Counted from the stretch's first letter, positions 9,719 to 18,133 are shown. The stretch is DNA of 58,636 nt from an uncultured virus (IMG/VR IMGVR_UViG_2061766007_000575) (IMGVR_UViG_2061766007_000575), one strand, 5' to 3'. Notes: generated by a model from the letters alone, not told the origin. Numbers and translations: made by a program.

Positions 9719-9859
9719 ATGAAATTTAGTGAAATACCCAATGGATTATTTAGATTTAAAGGATTAGTTTACACGAAAATTAGCGAATCCCAAGCAGTTT
9801 TAATTACTTCTGGAAAGATCGTGGACTTCGCGCTGGATGATGAAGTTGAAAAGTTTTAG
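9719..9859 (+). CDS. Small hypothetical protein (46 aa)
   Basis: AAGGAG RBS; MKFSEIPNGLFRFKG... Confidence 0.6.
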   Translation: MKFSEIPNGLFRFKGLVYTKISESQAVLITSGKIVDFALDDEVEKF

Positions 9860-9868
9860 GAGGATTTT

Positions 9869-10009
9869 ATGGTTCGTTCTGAGTTACATTATGAAAACAG
9901 AATTAATTTGCTGAAAAATCGGCAGAAAGAAAATCAAAAAATCATACAGAAATTGGAGAGAAGTCTCCGAAAAATTCGGAATGAGCCAATAACTCAGTCG
10001 GAAGAGTAA
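9869..10009 (+). CDS. Small basic protein (46 aa); 3' end overlaps tRNA-Lys
   Basis: AGGAGG RBS; MVRSELHYENRINLLKNRQKEN... Confidence 0.55.
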   Translation: MVRSELHYENRINLLKNRQKENQKIIQKLERSLRKIRNEPITQSEE

Positions 10010-10058
10010 CTGCCTTTTAAGCAGTAAGTCGTGGGTTCAAGTCCCACTTGGCTCACCA
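9983..10058 (+). tRNA. tRNA-Lys(UUU)
   Basis: Cloverleaf, ACTGC-CTTTTAA-GCAGT, CCA. Confidence 0.95.
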
Positions 10059-10062
10059 ATAT

Positions 10063-10138
10063 AGGGGCGTGGCCAAGCGGTGAAGGCGCGGGACTTTGAC
10101 TCCCGTATTCGTAGGTTCGAATCCTGCCGCCCCTGCCA
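10063..10138 (+). tRNA. tRNA-Gln(UUG)
   Basis: CGGGA-CTTTGAC-TCCCG, GGTTCGAATCC, CCA. Confidence 0.95.
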
Positions 10139-10141
10139 TTT

Positions 10142-10218
10142 AGACCAGCAGCTCAGGTGGTTTGAGTGCACGACTGATAATCGTGAGATCGTTGGTTCAA
10201 GTCCAACCTGGTCTACCA
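10142..10218 (+). tRNA. tRNA-Ile(GAU)
   Basis: CACGA-CTGATAA-TCGTG, CCA. Confidence 0.93.
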
Positions 10219-10221
10219 TTT

Positions 10222-10309
10222 GGAAGAGTGTCCGAGGGGTTTAAGGTGACAGTCTTGAAAACTGTTGGCGTGAGAGCGCCCGTGGGTTCAAATCCTACCT
10301 CTTCCGCCA
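10222..10309 (+). tRNA. tRNA-Ser(UGA)
   Basis: ACAGT-CTTGAAA-ACTGT, long variable arm, G73, CCA. Confidence 0.95.
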
Positions 10310-10312
10310 ATT

Positions 10313-10400
10313 GGAGGATTGGAGAAGTTGGTATCTCAATGGATTGCTAATCCATCCTACCTTCTGGGTAGCACAGGTTCAAGTCCTGTATCCTCCGCCA
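10313..10400 (+). tRNA. tRNA-Ser(GCU)
   Basis: ATGGA-TTGCTAA-TCCAT, long variable arm, G73, CCA. Confidence 0.92.
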
Positions 10401-10405
10401 AATAT

Positions 10406-10481
10406 GCCTCCGTAGTCCAGTCGGTAGAACAGCGGACTGTTAATCCGTATGTCGTTGGTTCGAGTCCAACCAGAGGCGCCA
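10406..10481 (+). tRNA. tRNA-Asn(GUU)
   Basis: GCGGA-CTGTTAA-TCCGT, CCA. Confidence 0.93.
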
Positions 10482-10580
10482 ATTCCACCACCCAATACTG
10501 AATGTTGTTATAGTGGACTTAATAAAGTTGGGGAACTCCAGAGGAAACCTCTGCAAGGCGGGTTGAGCCGCCATTTATAT

Positions 10581-10665
10581 GGGGAATTAGAGAAGTGGCA
10601 TCTGAATGGTCTGATCAACCATCTGCTTTATAGCGGCGCAGGTTCGATTCCTGCATTCCCCACCA
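10581..10665 (+). tRNA. Atypical class II tRNA with GAU anticodon (identity uncertain)
   Basis: GGGGAAT/ATTCCCC acceptor, ATGGT-CTGATCA-ACCAT, variable stem CTGCT-TTAT-AGCGG, GGTTCGATTCC, A-CCA. Confidence 0.85.
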
Positions 10666-10668
10666 AAT

Positions 10669-10744
10669 GCTGGTGTGGCGCAATCGGTAGCGCAAGTCAC
10701 TTGTAATGACTGGGTTGGGGGTTCAAGTCCTCTCGCCAGCTCCA
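10669..10744 (+). tRNA. tRNA-Thr(UGU)
   Basis: AGTCA-CTTGTAA-TGACT, CCA. Confidence 0.95.
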
Positions 10745-10768
10745 CTTAAAAAAAAGAAAGGTGATTTT

Positions 10769-11017
10769 ATGTCTTACTATAGAAAGCAAGAGGATAAACA
10801 CCGATTAAATAAACTTTATAATAAAACGAAAAACGGATACGGCGCCGGAGCCTATTATGATGACAGAAAGGATCGCTTAATTCGATATAGTTGTCATGAT
10901 AAAAATTGGAAGGCGCGCTGTAGACGTACAACTAGACGAAGACTTAAAAAAATGGAGTTTCATTGTTCTGGTTGTACTTATAAAAAGTTTTATGAATATT
11001 GGTGGCAAATACTATAA
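10769..11017 (+). CDS. Small basic hypothetical protein
   Basis: AAGGTGA RBS; MSYYRKQEDK..., Arg/Lys-rich. Confidence 0.7.
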   Translation: MSYYRKQEDKHRLNKLYNKTKNGYGAGAYYDDRKDRLIRYSCHDKNWKARCRRTTRRRLKKMEFHCSGCTYKKFYEYWWQIL

Positions 11018-11059
11018 GAAAATTTGATTTTTTCTGAAAATTTAGATATAATATTTATA

Positions 11060-12005
11060 GAAAGTTGAGAGAGGCTTTGGAAATTAGCCCATGTAAGTAG
11101 TTGCTTCTTATCGTAATAACCTCTTCTATTCAATAGGCTCGTTCCGCCAACCGAACGGAACCTTGATTAGTGACGACAAGGATGAGTTGCGCAGTAGAGG
11201 GCCTTGCGACGAGTGACTAAATAATGTTTTTGGGACGCCTTTAACGAATAAGTCACACGGGAAACCGCTCAGTAAACCTATTGAAACTTTCTTTTATATA
11301 GGGGCCTTTGCCCCGTGGCGCCAGTATGGACAGCCTTCACGCGGCGGTGCTGATTTCGCTAATTTTAGTCCATTAGTCAGTTTATTATATATCTCGGTGA
11401 AGAGCAAAAGCCATTGTGCCGAGAGCCTAACCGCTCGAAGAGAGTGGTCTAGAATGGGAATGTTAGAGGATACCCTAACAAACCCTAGATGGCTCTTATT
11501 GTGAGATAAGAGTTGCCTGCGCCTAAAGGTGTGGCTAGAGGTTAGGTGTGCTGACAAAATCGCAACCAAAGATACTGTCTCATCGCATCCGCAATAGAAG
11601 TTGAGCGTTAAAAGCGTGAACTGAAGCCAAGTTAGAGTCCAGTGTGGCAACTGGGGTAGACCTTGGTAAAGCCAATAAGGATGTTTGTAGTGATGTCATG
11701 GTAACATGACTATAAGATGAGGTCAAGGTACGAGTAGCCTAATACAGGGACATATGGTAAAAAGAATATTTTTGAAGATTATTATTTTACTTCTTGTCTG
11801 AATGGTGGGTGAAAGTTAGAGGTAGACAATCCTCTCAAGCAAAGATATGAAGAATATCTAAGAGCGTAGAGTGCGCTTGAAGGCAAGAAGTTATAAGGTC
11901 GCTCCTTATGGCTCAGACTTGTTTTCGCTTGTGGTTGAATATGGTTGAAGGTTTAACAGTTGGTAGGGCGAAGGTCCATATAATAGTTACTGATTTATAG
12001 GTGAG
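11060..12005 (+). ncRNA. Large structured ncRNA, ROOL/GOLLD-like (boundaries approximate)
   Basis: ~950 bp without a credible ORF between a promoter (11024-11052) and a hairpin/tRNA; many helices and long-range pairs (11325-31/11974-80; 11790-99/11881-90); lies in a phage tRNA cluster. Confidence 0.65.
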
Positions 12006-12048
12006 TTTTATTGTCTTCTTACCTTTATACCAAAAAGACAATTTTTAT

Positions 12049-12122
12049 AGAGGATGTGGTGTAATAGCAGCACACAACATTTGGGATGTTGAGGCGCCGT
12101 GCAAATCGGACATCTTCTACCA
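12049..12122 (+). tRNA. tRNA-Pro(UGG), atypical (8-bp acceptor, short T-stem)
   Basis: CAACA-TTTGGGA-TGTTG; AGAGGATG/CATCTTCT; T-loop TGCAAAT; A-CCA. Confidence 0.8.
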
Positions 12123-12489
12123 AAATTAAATAGGGTCGCCGCTGGCATCTCAATTATCCGAGAAAAATGTACATTGACTCTATTTAAGATAACTCTCTAG
12201 GAGGTAGATGCCTATGAAAATGGTAAAAACTTCCCTTAGCGAGAGAAATCCAAATATTTGGGTTTGACGTTCGCTTAGCGTCGGTAAATAAATAAGGTTA
12301 TTGTGGTTCTTTGGATGACTTTCTACCATACTAAAAAAAAGAAAAACGCAGCGTTAACACGGATTTTTTAATCTTTTTAAACTACCACCGGCACTCAACC
12401 TCGGTGTCCTTGAGATATGCGGGTCAGTGATATGTGGCTTGGCGGCAAACGCTATAAAAGAAGGCGAAGTAAAAAAGATTTTCATATAT

Positions 12490-12563
12490 GGCGGGTTGGT
12501 GTAAAGGTAGCATAGCAGACTCATTATCTGCTGATTTGGGTTCGACTCCCAAGCCCGTAACCA
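12490..12563 (+). tRNA. tRNA(CAU), Met/Ile2, atypical (G1:A72 mismatch, U37)
   Basis: GCAGA-CTCATTA-TCTGC, GGTTCGACTCC, A-CCA. Confidence 0.85.
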
Positions 12564-12700
12564 ATTAACTACTTGTACCCACCTCCTTTAGTCGAGTTTT
12601 CCAGTTTTCGAGACTTTAAATCTAATCTGGTTACACGGAAGAGTGCGCCCGCACGTGGTAAAAAGGGGCGCATTTTTATTAAATAAAAGGGGTAAATAAG

Positions 12701-12994
12701 GTGTCTGAAAAGAAAATTGAAGAAATATTAGATTTTATACATCGTCGTTTTCCTTCGGATTGTAACTGGACAAATGGAAATTGCTTTTGGTTTGCTTCTA
12801 TTTTAAGAGCGCGATTTCCAAATCTTTCCATTTATTATCTTCCCATAACAGGTCATTTTATAGCCGGCGCGCTGAATACGTATTTCGACTGGACAGGACA
12901 GATCGTTCCAGAAGAAACTCCGCTTCTTTTAGACGAAATCTGTAAAAATGATGATGGATGGGGTTGGCGCCTTCTGCGTGATTGCGTCCTTTAA
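12701..12994 (+). CDS. Hypothetical protein (possible papain/transglutaminase-like Cys-His-Asp)
   Basis: GNCFWFA...GHF...YFDWTG. Confidence 0.65.
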   Translation: MSEKKIEEILDFIHRRFPSDCNWTNGNCFWFASILRARFPNLSIYYLPITGHFIAGALNTYFDWTGQIVPEETPLLLDEICKNDDGWGWRLLRDCVL

Positions 12995-12997
12995 TAT

Positions 12998-13078
12998 GGG
13001 GCATTGATGGGTATCGACTGCGGTTAAAGCCGACGAGCACTCCGTAGGACACGAGTTCAACTCTCGTATGCTCCACCA
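12998..13078 (+). ncRNA. Minimal tmRNA-like RNA (tRNA-like domain only)
   Basis: 5' GGGGCATTGATGGGTATCGAC and 3' GGACACGAGTTCAACTCTCGTATGCTCCACCA match tmRNA ends; G3-U70, A73; no D-stem, no anticodon arm. Confidence 0.85.
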
Positions 13079-13130
13079 AGAGAACAATAGGATGTTCTCT
13101 AATTTTTGTTTTCAAAAGGAGGAAAACATA

Positions 13131-13433
13131 ATGATTCGTTACTATTCAGATTTGACGAAGAAATTCTATGACGAAGCCAAGGAATGTGAAAAAGCCGAAG
13201 AACTCTTTAAAGAAGAAAAGGCTAAGAAAGAAGCTGAAGCGCTTCAGAAATCGAACGCGCGCAAAGAAGCCTCCAAAAAGGTGGATGAAGCACGTGAGAA
13301 ATTAATAGCCGCCCGTGATGAATATCAAAAAGTTCTCTCGGACTTCTGCAAAGACTATGGTTACTATCACGTTTCGCTCGACAAAAACAATATTGCCGAT
13401 TGGATAGATAGTTTTTGGGAGCGTTGGTTCTAA
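13131..13433 (+). CDS. Coiled-coil hypothetical protein
   Basis: AGGAGG RBS; followed by terminator AAAGCTCTCA/TGAGAGCTTT (~13447-13482). Confidence 0.8.
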   Translation: MIRYYSDLTKKFYDEAKECEKAEELFKEEKAKKEAEALQKSNARKEASKKVDEAREKLIAARDEYQKVLSDFCKDYGYYHVSLDKNNIADWIDSFWERWF

Positions 13434-13537
13434 TCTAACGAAAAATAAAGCTCTCACTTTTTTATAATGAGAGCTTTATTTTTTTACTTTTAAATAGCTT
13501 CTTCTTTTACTTTTTTCAAAAATAAAAGGAGGTTTTT

Positions 13538-14164
13538 ATGAAAAATTTAAGAAAAATAGCAATCCTTGTTTTAGTTATTGTGATGGCATTCGCGCTGTGT
13601 ACGCCAGCATTAGCCGCTTGGACGACAAAACAAGAAAAAGCACATGAGATTGCAGAGATTGCTCGTTCTATTGGTCTCCCAGAAGATGACCCAATAATTG
13701 AGCGAGCGCGCACTATTTGGTGGGATGAATACTATAGAGTAATGGCGCAACCAGCCCCAATCGAAAAAACCTACAACATTCCACAAGAAGAAATAGATGC
13801 TTTGGCGCGTACTATATGGGGCGAAGCGCGCGGTGTACCAAGTAAGGCAGAACAGGCGGCTGTTGCTTGGTGTGTGTTGAATAGGGTAGATGCTGGTTAT
13901 GGTGCTACAGTTTTAGAAGTAGTTAGCGCGCCAGGGCAATTTACTGGCTATAGTATTTACTATCCAGTTACAGATGAATTAGCTGAATTAGCAAAAGATG
14001 TTTTAACTCGTTGGTATAGAGAAAAAGATGGAGAAATCGATGTTGGCCGCACCCTTCCTTCTGACTATTACTATTTTAATGGAAGTGGCGGGCGCAACTG
14101 GTTCCGTAAAGAATTTAGAAGTTCAACTTATTGGGATTGGTCATTACCGGATCCTTATATTTAA
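13538..14164 (+). CDS. Cell wall hydrolase, SleB/Hydrolase_2 family, with signal peptide
   Basis: ALARTIWGEARG...AAVAWCVLNRV...VVSAPGQF. Confidence 0.88.
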   Translation: MKNLRKIAILVLVIVMAFALCTPALAAWTTKQEKAHEIAEIARSIGLPEDDPIIERARTIWWDEYYRVMAQPAPIEKTYNIPQEEIDALARTIWGEARGVPSKAEQAAVAWCVLNRVDAGYGATVLEVVSAPGQFTGYSIYYPVTDELAELAKDVLTRWYREKDGEIDVGRTLPSDYYYFNGSGGRNWFRKEFRSSTYWDWSLPDPYI

Positions 14165-14190
14165 AAGAATTTCCTTGAAAAAGGAGGCAG

Positions 14191-14811
14191 ATGATGGAAG
14201 ATACATTCGTTATTAACATTCCAGAAGAAGCTAATTTACAACTTCCTACTCCAGAGCTTTTAACTTACTACAAAGGTTTAAAAGAGCGTGAATATTGGAT
14301 TGAGGGAGAAATTACAGAAGATACTTTAGAATTAGTTAGACTTATTATAAATTGGAATAAAGAAGATTTTAATTTGCCACCAAGTGATCGCAAACCAATC
14401 AAAATTTTCTTTAATAGTCCCGGCGGCGCTCTTGACGTAGCCTATACCCTTTACGATACGATTCGTATTAGCAAAACTCCAATAATTGGAATAAATGTAG
14501 GTTATTGCGCCAGTGCTGCTGCGTATATTTTTATAGCTTGTCATCAGAGAAAGATGAACGTACATGGTTACTTTATTTTCCATCAAGGCTCTCTTTCTAA
14601 TCTTAGCGGTGAATATAAACAAATTATTGCTTCGATAGAAGACTATCAAGCACAAGTAGAAGAACTCTCTGCTTTAATAAAAGAACGAACCCTTTATACG
14701 GACGAAGAAATTGCCAAAAATATAATTGGTGAATGGTATGTTCGTCAAGAAGAAGCTTTAGAAAAAGGAATAGTTCAATCTATTATTAATAGCATAGAGG
14801 AGGTTCTTTAA
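14191..14811 (+). CDS. clpP: ClpP-like protease subunit
   Basis: PIKIFFNSPGG, CASAAA (catalytic Ser), FIFHQG (His), EEALEKGIV. Confidence 0.85.
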   Translation: MMEDTFVINIPEEANLQLPTPELLTYYKGLKEREYWIEGEITEDTLELVRLIINWNKEDFNLPPSDRKPIKIFFNSPGGALDVAYTLYDTIRISKTPIIGINVGYCASAAAYIFIACHQRKMNVHGYFIFHQGSLSNLSGEYKQIIASIEDYQAQVEELSALIKERTLYTDEEIAKNIIGEWYVRQEEALEKGIVQSIINSIEEVL

Positions 14812-14813
14812 GC

Positions 14814-15632
14814 TTGGAGACTGGCTATAAAATAGTTAATTTAACAGATGAAGAAATGGGTAGGTTTTACGTCGATGGCGTCCTGCCCATTCAGCTTATG
14901 GAAAACCAGTTTTTGGTTTTAGAAGATTTAGATGGTAAAATAATTGATAAATTTAAATTTCAAAATGGTGAACTGAAAAAAGTTAATTTCCAAATAATCA
15001 ATTCTACTTATATAGGTAAGATAAAGCCAAAGACTTTTGAGCAAGAGTTAGCATTAGACTTATTGTCTGATGAAAAAATTCCTGTAAAAATTATCCGAGG
15101 TGTCTATGGCGCCGGAAAGGATATGTTAATGTTTGGAAAGGCTCTTGAATTTATAGAAAAAGGCTCTTATCAAAAAATTATTTATATAAGACCAAATGTT
15201 ACTTTAAAAGATGTGCCAGAAATTGGCTATTTGCGTGGAGGAGTTGAAGACAAATTGTCTTGGACTCTTGGCCCGCTTTATGATAAAGTAGGTGGAAAAG
15301 ACGCAATTGATTCTTTAATTGAACAAGGAAAATTAGAAATGATGCCACTTCTTTTTATTAGAGGTAGATCTTTTGAAAATTCCATTGTTTATGTAACAGA
15401 AGGTCAAAATATTACTAATGAGATTGCTAAGTTATTACTCGGACGAATTGGACAAAATTCAATTCTGATGATAAATGCGGATAATCATCAAACTGATAAT
15501 CGTATCTATGATAAAGATAATGGAATTATTCAAATGATTGAAAAATTAGAAGGAAATTCCTTATTTGGATATGTTTATTTGAGTAAAACTCTTCGGAGTG
15601 ATACCGCAAACTTAGCAAACTTATTAGATTAA
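14814..15632 (+). CDS. phoH: PhoH-like ATPase
   Basis: GVYGAGKD, IGYLRG, FIRGRSF, EGQN, LLGRIG, RSDTANLA. Confidence 0.9.
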   Translation: METGYKIVNLTDEEMGRFYVDGVLPIQLMENQFLVLEDLDGKIIDKFKFQNGELKKVNFQIINSTYIGKIKPKTFEQELALDLLSDEKIPVKIIRGVYGAGKDMLMFGKALEFIEKGSYQKIIYIRPNVTLKDVPEIGYLRGGVEDKLSWTLGPLYDKVGGKDAIDSLIEQGKLEMMPLLFIRGRSFENSIVYVTEGQNITNEIAKLLLGRIGQNSILMINADNHQTDNRIYDKDNGIIQMIEKLEGNSLFGYVYLSKTLRSDTANLANLLD

Positions 15633-15755
15633 TCTATCCAGCGGCCGCTCTCGACGTATTGCGACCAGCTGTTTATATATACCGTAGGACTTTTCTATTT
15701 TGATAGAGAAGTCCTACTTTTTTTCTACTTTTTATTAGAAAAGGTGGTGAGAGAA

Positions 15756-17390
15756 ATGGCAATTGGATCTTATACTGATATTTATGATTTAGATGATTAT
15801 ATAGAACGGGTTGATTTAATAAAAAATGAAGCTAAAGCTGCATATAATTTTAATTATGTAACACAATCAAAAATAAAAGTTTATAGTCAAATTAAAATGT
15901 TAGAAGAAAGAGAGAGTCGAATTTTTGAGATATTAGGAATAAGAGGAAAAGATCGAAAAGCTAAAATAGATATTTTAAATCAAAGAGTTCAAGAGTATGA
16001 TGCAGCAGTTCTAAATTTATCAGGAGCAGAGCTGCGACAAACTTTTTTAAATATACTTGAATGGGAAAATGGACAAGAATTTTCAGCCTTTGAAAGAGAT
16101 GTAAATGATTGTGTTAATGAATTATTACAAGAAAAAGGTGAAGGAAGTATCTATGAAGTTGGAAGAGATACAGCAGTAGAAACTATAATAAATTTTTTAA
16201 ATACTGATTTTAATGTTTCAGATAAATTTAAATTTAGCTCAAGTCGAGGAATTAAAGAGGGCGGCAATGAAGGATTAGAAGTTGGAAAATTTACAAAACA
16301 TCAAAAAGAAAGATGGAAAGTTTTATTGGCTCAAAGAGGATATCCTGGTTGGTCTATTGATTCAAAAACTGGAAAAGGTGTCTATAATATGGATTTAGAT
16401 GTTCGAGGTAATTCAATAACAGCAGCCTTTTCTTGGAATGATATTACTGAAAGAATGACTTCAAAACAAGCTAGAACAAAAGACTCAACTAAGATACAAG
16501 ACATTAATAATAAAATAAAAAATGAAATTTTAGCTAAGACTAATAACCCTCAAGTTTTAGGCCCAATTATAGACCATATTTTAAATACTAAAATATTAAA
16601 TGAAGGAGGAGAAATTGATGAAATAGGTAAGTATGCTTTTTTTGTAGGAAAGAATACTTATGAAATTACTGGTATTTTAGGAGAAATAAAAGGTTTATAT
16701 TATTTATCAATGATTTTAGGTGGAAATTTTACTGAAGCATTAAAATGGTATGGCGGCACGCATGAAGGAGAAAGTGGGAAAAAACCTCACCGCGATATTT
16801 TATTAAAAGATACTTTTGGTATTCAAATTAAAAATACTAGTAAAGAAGATTCTTCTAATATGGAAGTTGGCTTTGCTAATGCAAATATTAAAACGATTTT
16901 AGATAGATTAGATATTTCTCTTGATATGAAAAATTTATTTGAAAATTATTTTGGAACTTTAAGTTTTAATGTGCCATATGTTTATGAACCCGAAAATAGT
17001 GAAGGCAATAAATATGTAAGAGGAACTCCATTAGGAGAAGGTGGCAAAAGCTTTTTAGCTTCTAGAAATACTTTAATTTCGGTTGGAGAAGATATAGATA
17101 AAATTTTAAGTTTTTTTGCAGCAACTCTTATGTATATGAATATTTATGAAGAATTTGAAAAATATGATGCTAATTTTCTTTATTTAATAGGAAAAGTATT
17201 TTTTACTGCTTCTCAAATATTATCAGATATTTTGTTGCAACTTGAAAAAAATGATTTAAGATTTCATGTTAAAGGCTCTCTAGAAAATGGGAAAAATATA
17301 ATTACAGCTTTGAATATGAAACGTAGAGACCCTGATTTTACTTCTGTTGTTTTAAAAGATTTAGCGTTAACTTCTACTTATAGATTTTGA
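15756..17390 (+). CDS. Large hypothetical protein, possible PD-(D/E)XK-like motif
   Basis: 544-aa ORF; GILGE...RDILLKDTFGIQIKN. Confidence 0.6.
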   Translation: MAIGSYTDIYDLDDYIERVDLIKNEAKAAYNFNYVTQSKIKVYSQIKMLEERESRIFEILGIRGKDRKAKIDILNQRVQEYDAAVLNLSGAELRQTFLNILEWENGQEFSAFERDVNDCVNELLQEKGEGSIYEVGRDTAVETIINFLNTDFNVSDKFKFSSSRGIKEGGNEGLEVGKFTKHQKERWKVLLAQRGYPGWSIDSKTGKGVYNMDLDVRGNSITAAFSWNDITERMTSKQARTKDSTKIQDINNKIKNEILAKTNNPQVLGPIIDHILNTKILNEGGEIDEIGKYAFFVGKNTYEITGILGEIKGLYYLSMILGGNFTEALKWYGGTHEGESGKKPHRDILLKDTFGIQIKNTSKEDSSNMEVGFANANIKTILDRLDISLDMKNLFENYFGTLSFNVPYVYEPENSEGNKYVRGTPLGEGGKSFLASRNTLISVGEDIDKILSFFAATLMYMNIYEEFEKYDANFLYLIGKVFFTASQILSDILLQLEKNDLRFHVKGSLENGKNIITALNMKRRDPDFTSVVLKDLALTSTYRF

Positions 17391-17446
17391 CTTTTTCTAA
17401 AAATTCTGTTATAATATAATTAGAAATAAGGAAAGGAGCCTTTTTA

Positions 17447-17650
17447 ATGACTAATAAAGAATTAATACTTCGCGCGCTTTCTGAGTACTCTTGTGTTACA
17501 ACTAAAGAGCTTTCTAATTATATTAAACGAACTTATAAAGAAGATATATCACCTTCTTCCATAGCTGGCGCGCTGAGAACATATATAAAAGAGGGAAAAG
17601 TTGGAAAGTCTGACTGCGGCATTGGAACGCATTATTGGGTTGTACATTAA
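17447..17650 (+). CDS. Small winged-helix protein
   Basis: Own promoter and RBS; TTKELS...SPSSIAGALRTYIKEGKV...THYW. Confidence 0.65.
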   Translation: MTNKELILRALSEYSCVTTKELSNYIKRTYKEDISPSSIAGALRTYIKEGKVGKSDCGIGTHYWVVH

Positions 17651-17791
17651 ACTTTTTTCATCTCTCTTAAACTTTTATACTTAAAAAGAAAAGACTCTAC
17701 TTATTTTTAGTGGTATTAAGCCAAAAGGAGTCTTTTTAGGATATAGGGAAGACTCCATTTTGGAGTCTTCTTTTTTTTATAGGAGAGAGAA

Positions 17792-18121
17792 ATGGGAATT
17801 AAAGTTTATGCAGAAACTGGAAAGTTAATACATATAGGACGAATGGGTGAAAATCTTGCGACGACAGTTGTATTTGATGTAAGTTCGCAGCTTCAGAGTT
17901 TAGGAAGTGGAGGAGATTTCACTCTTTTAGTTCTTCAAGACAAAGAACTTACGGAAGTTGAGTTAGAATTAGCTGAAAATACCACATATTTAGAATGGGA
18001 TATTACTTCTGATTATACTCCCAAAGAAGGAAAAGGAAAATGTCAGTTAATTTATGAAGTAGGTGAAAAAATTTCAAAAACTGATATTTATGAAATAATA
18101 GTCACCTTTGGTTATATATAA
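17792..18121 (+). CDS. BppU-like baseplate/fibre N-terminal domain protein
   Basis: Paralogous to N-terminus of next gene (GR.GENLATTVVFDVSS, G.GKC.L.Y). Confidence 0.6.
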   Translation: MGIKVYAETGKLIHIGRMGENLATTVVFDVSSQLQSLGSGGDFTLLVLQDKELTEVELELAENTTYLEWDITSDYTPKEGKGKCQLIYEVGEKISKTDIYEIIVTFGYI

Positions 18122-18133
18122 GGAGATGAATGA

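Noticed and set aside
9200..11650. ORF-track calls at 9200, 9447, 10037, 10162, 10319, 10449 and 11294
   Set aside because: They overlap tRNAs, the intron or structured RNA and lack RBSs
12123..12215. ZTP (pfl) riboswitch
   Set aside because: GGGTCG..CTGGC start is reminiscent, but the 3' GCC...TGGGC hairpin is missing; kept only as an unknown structure
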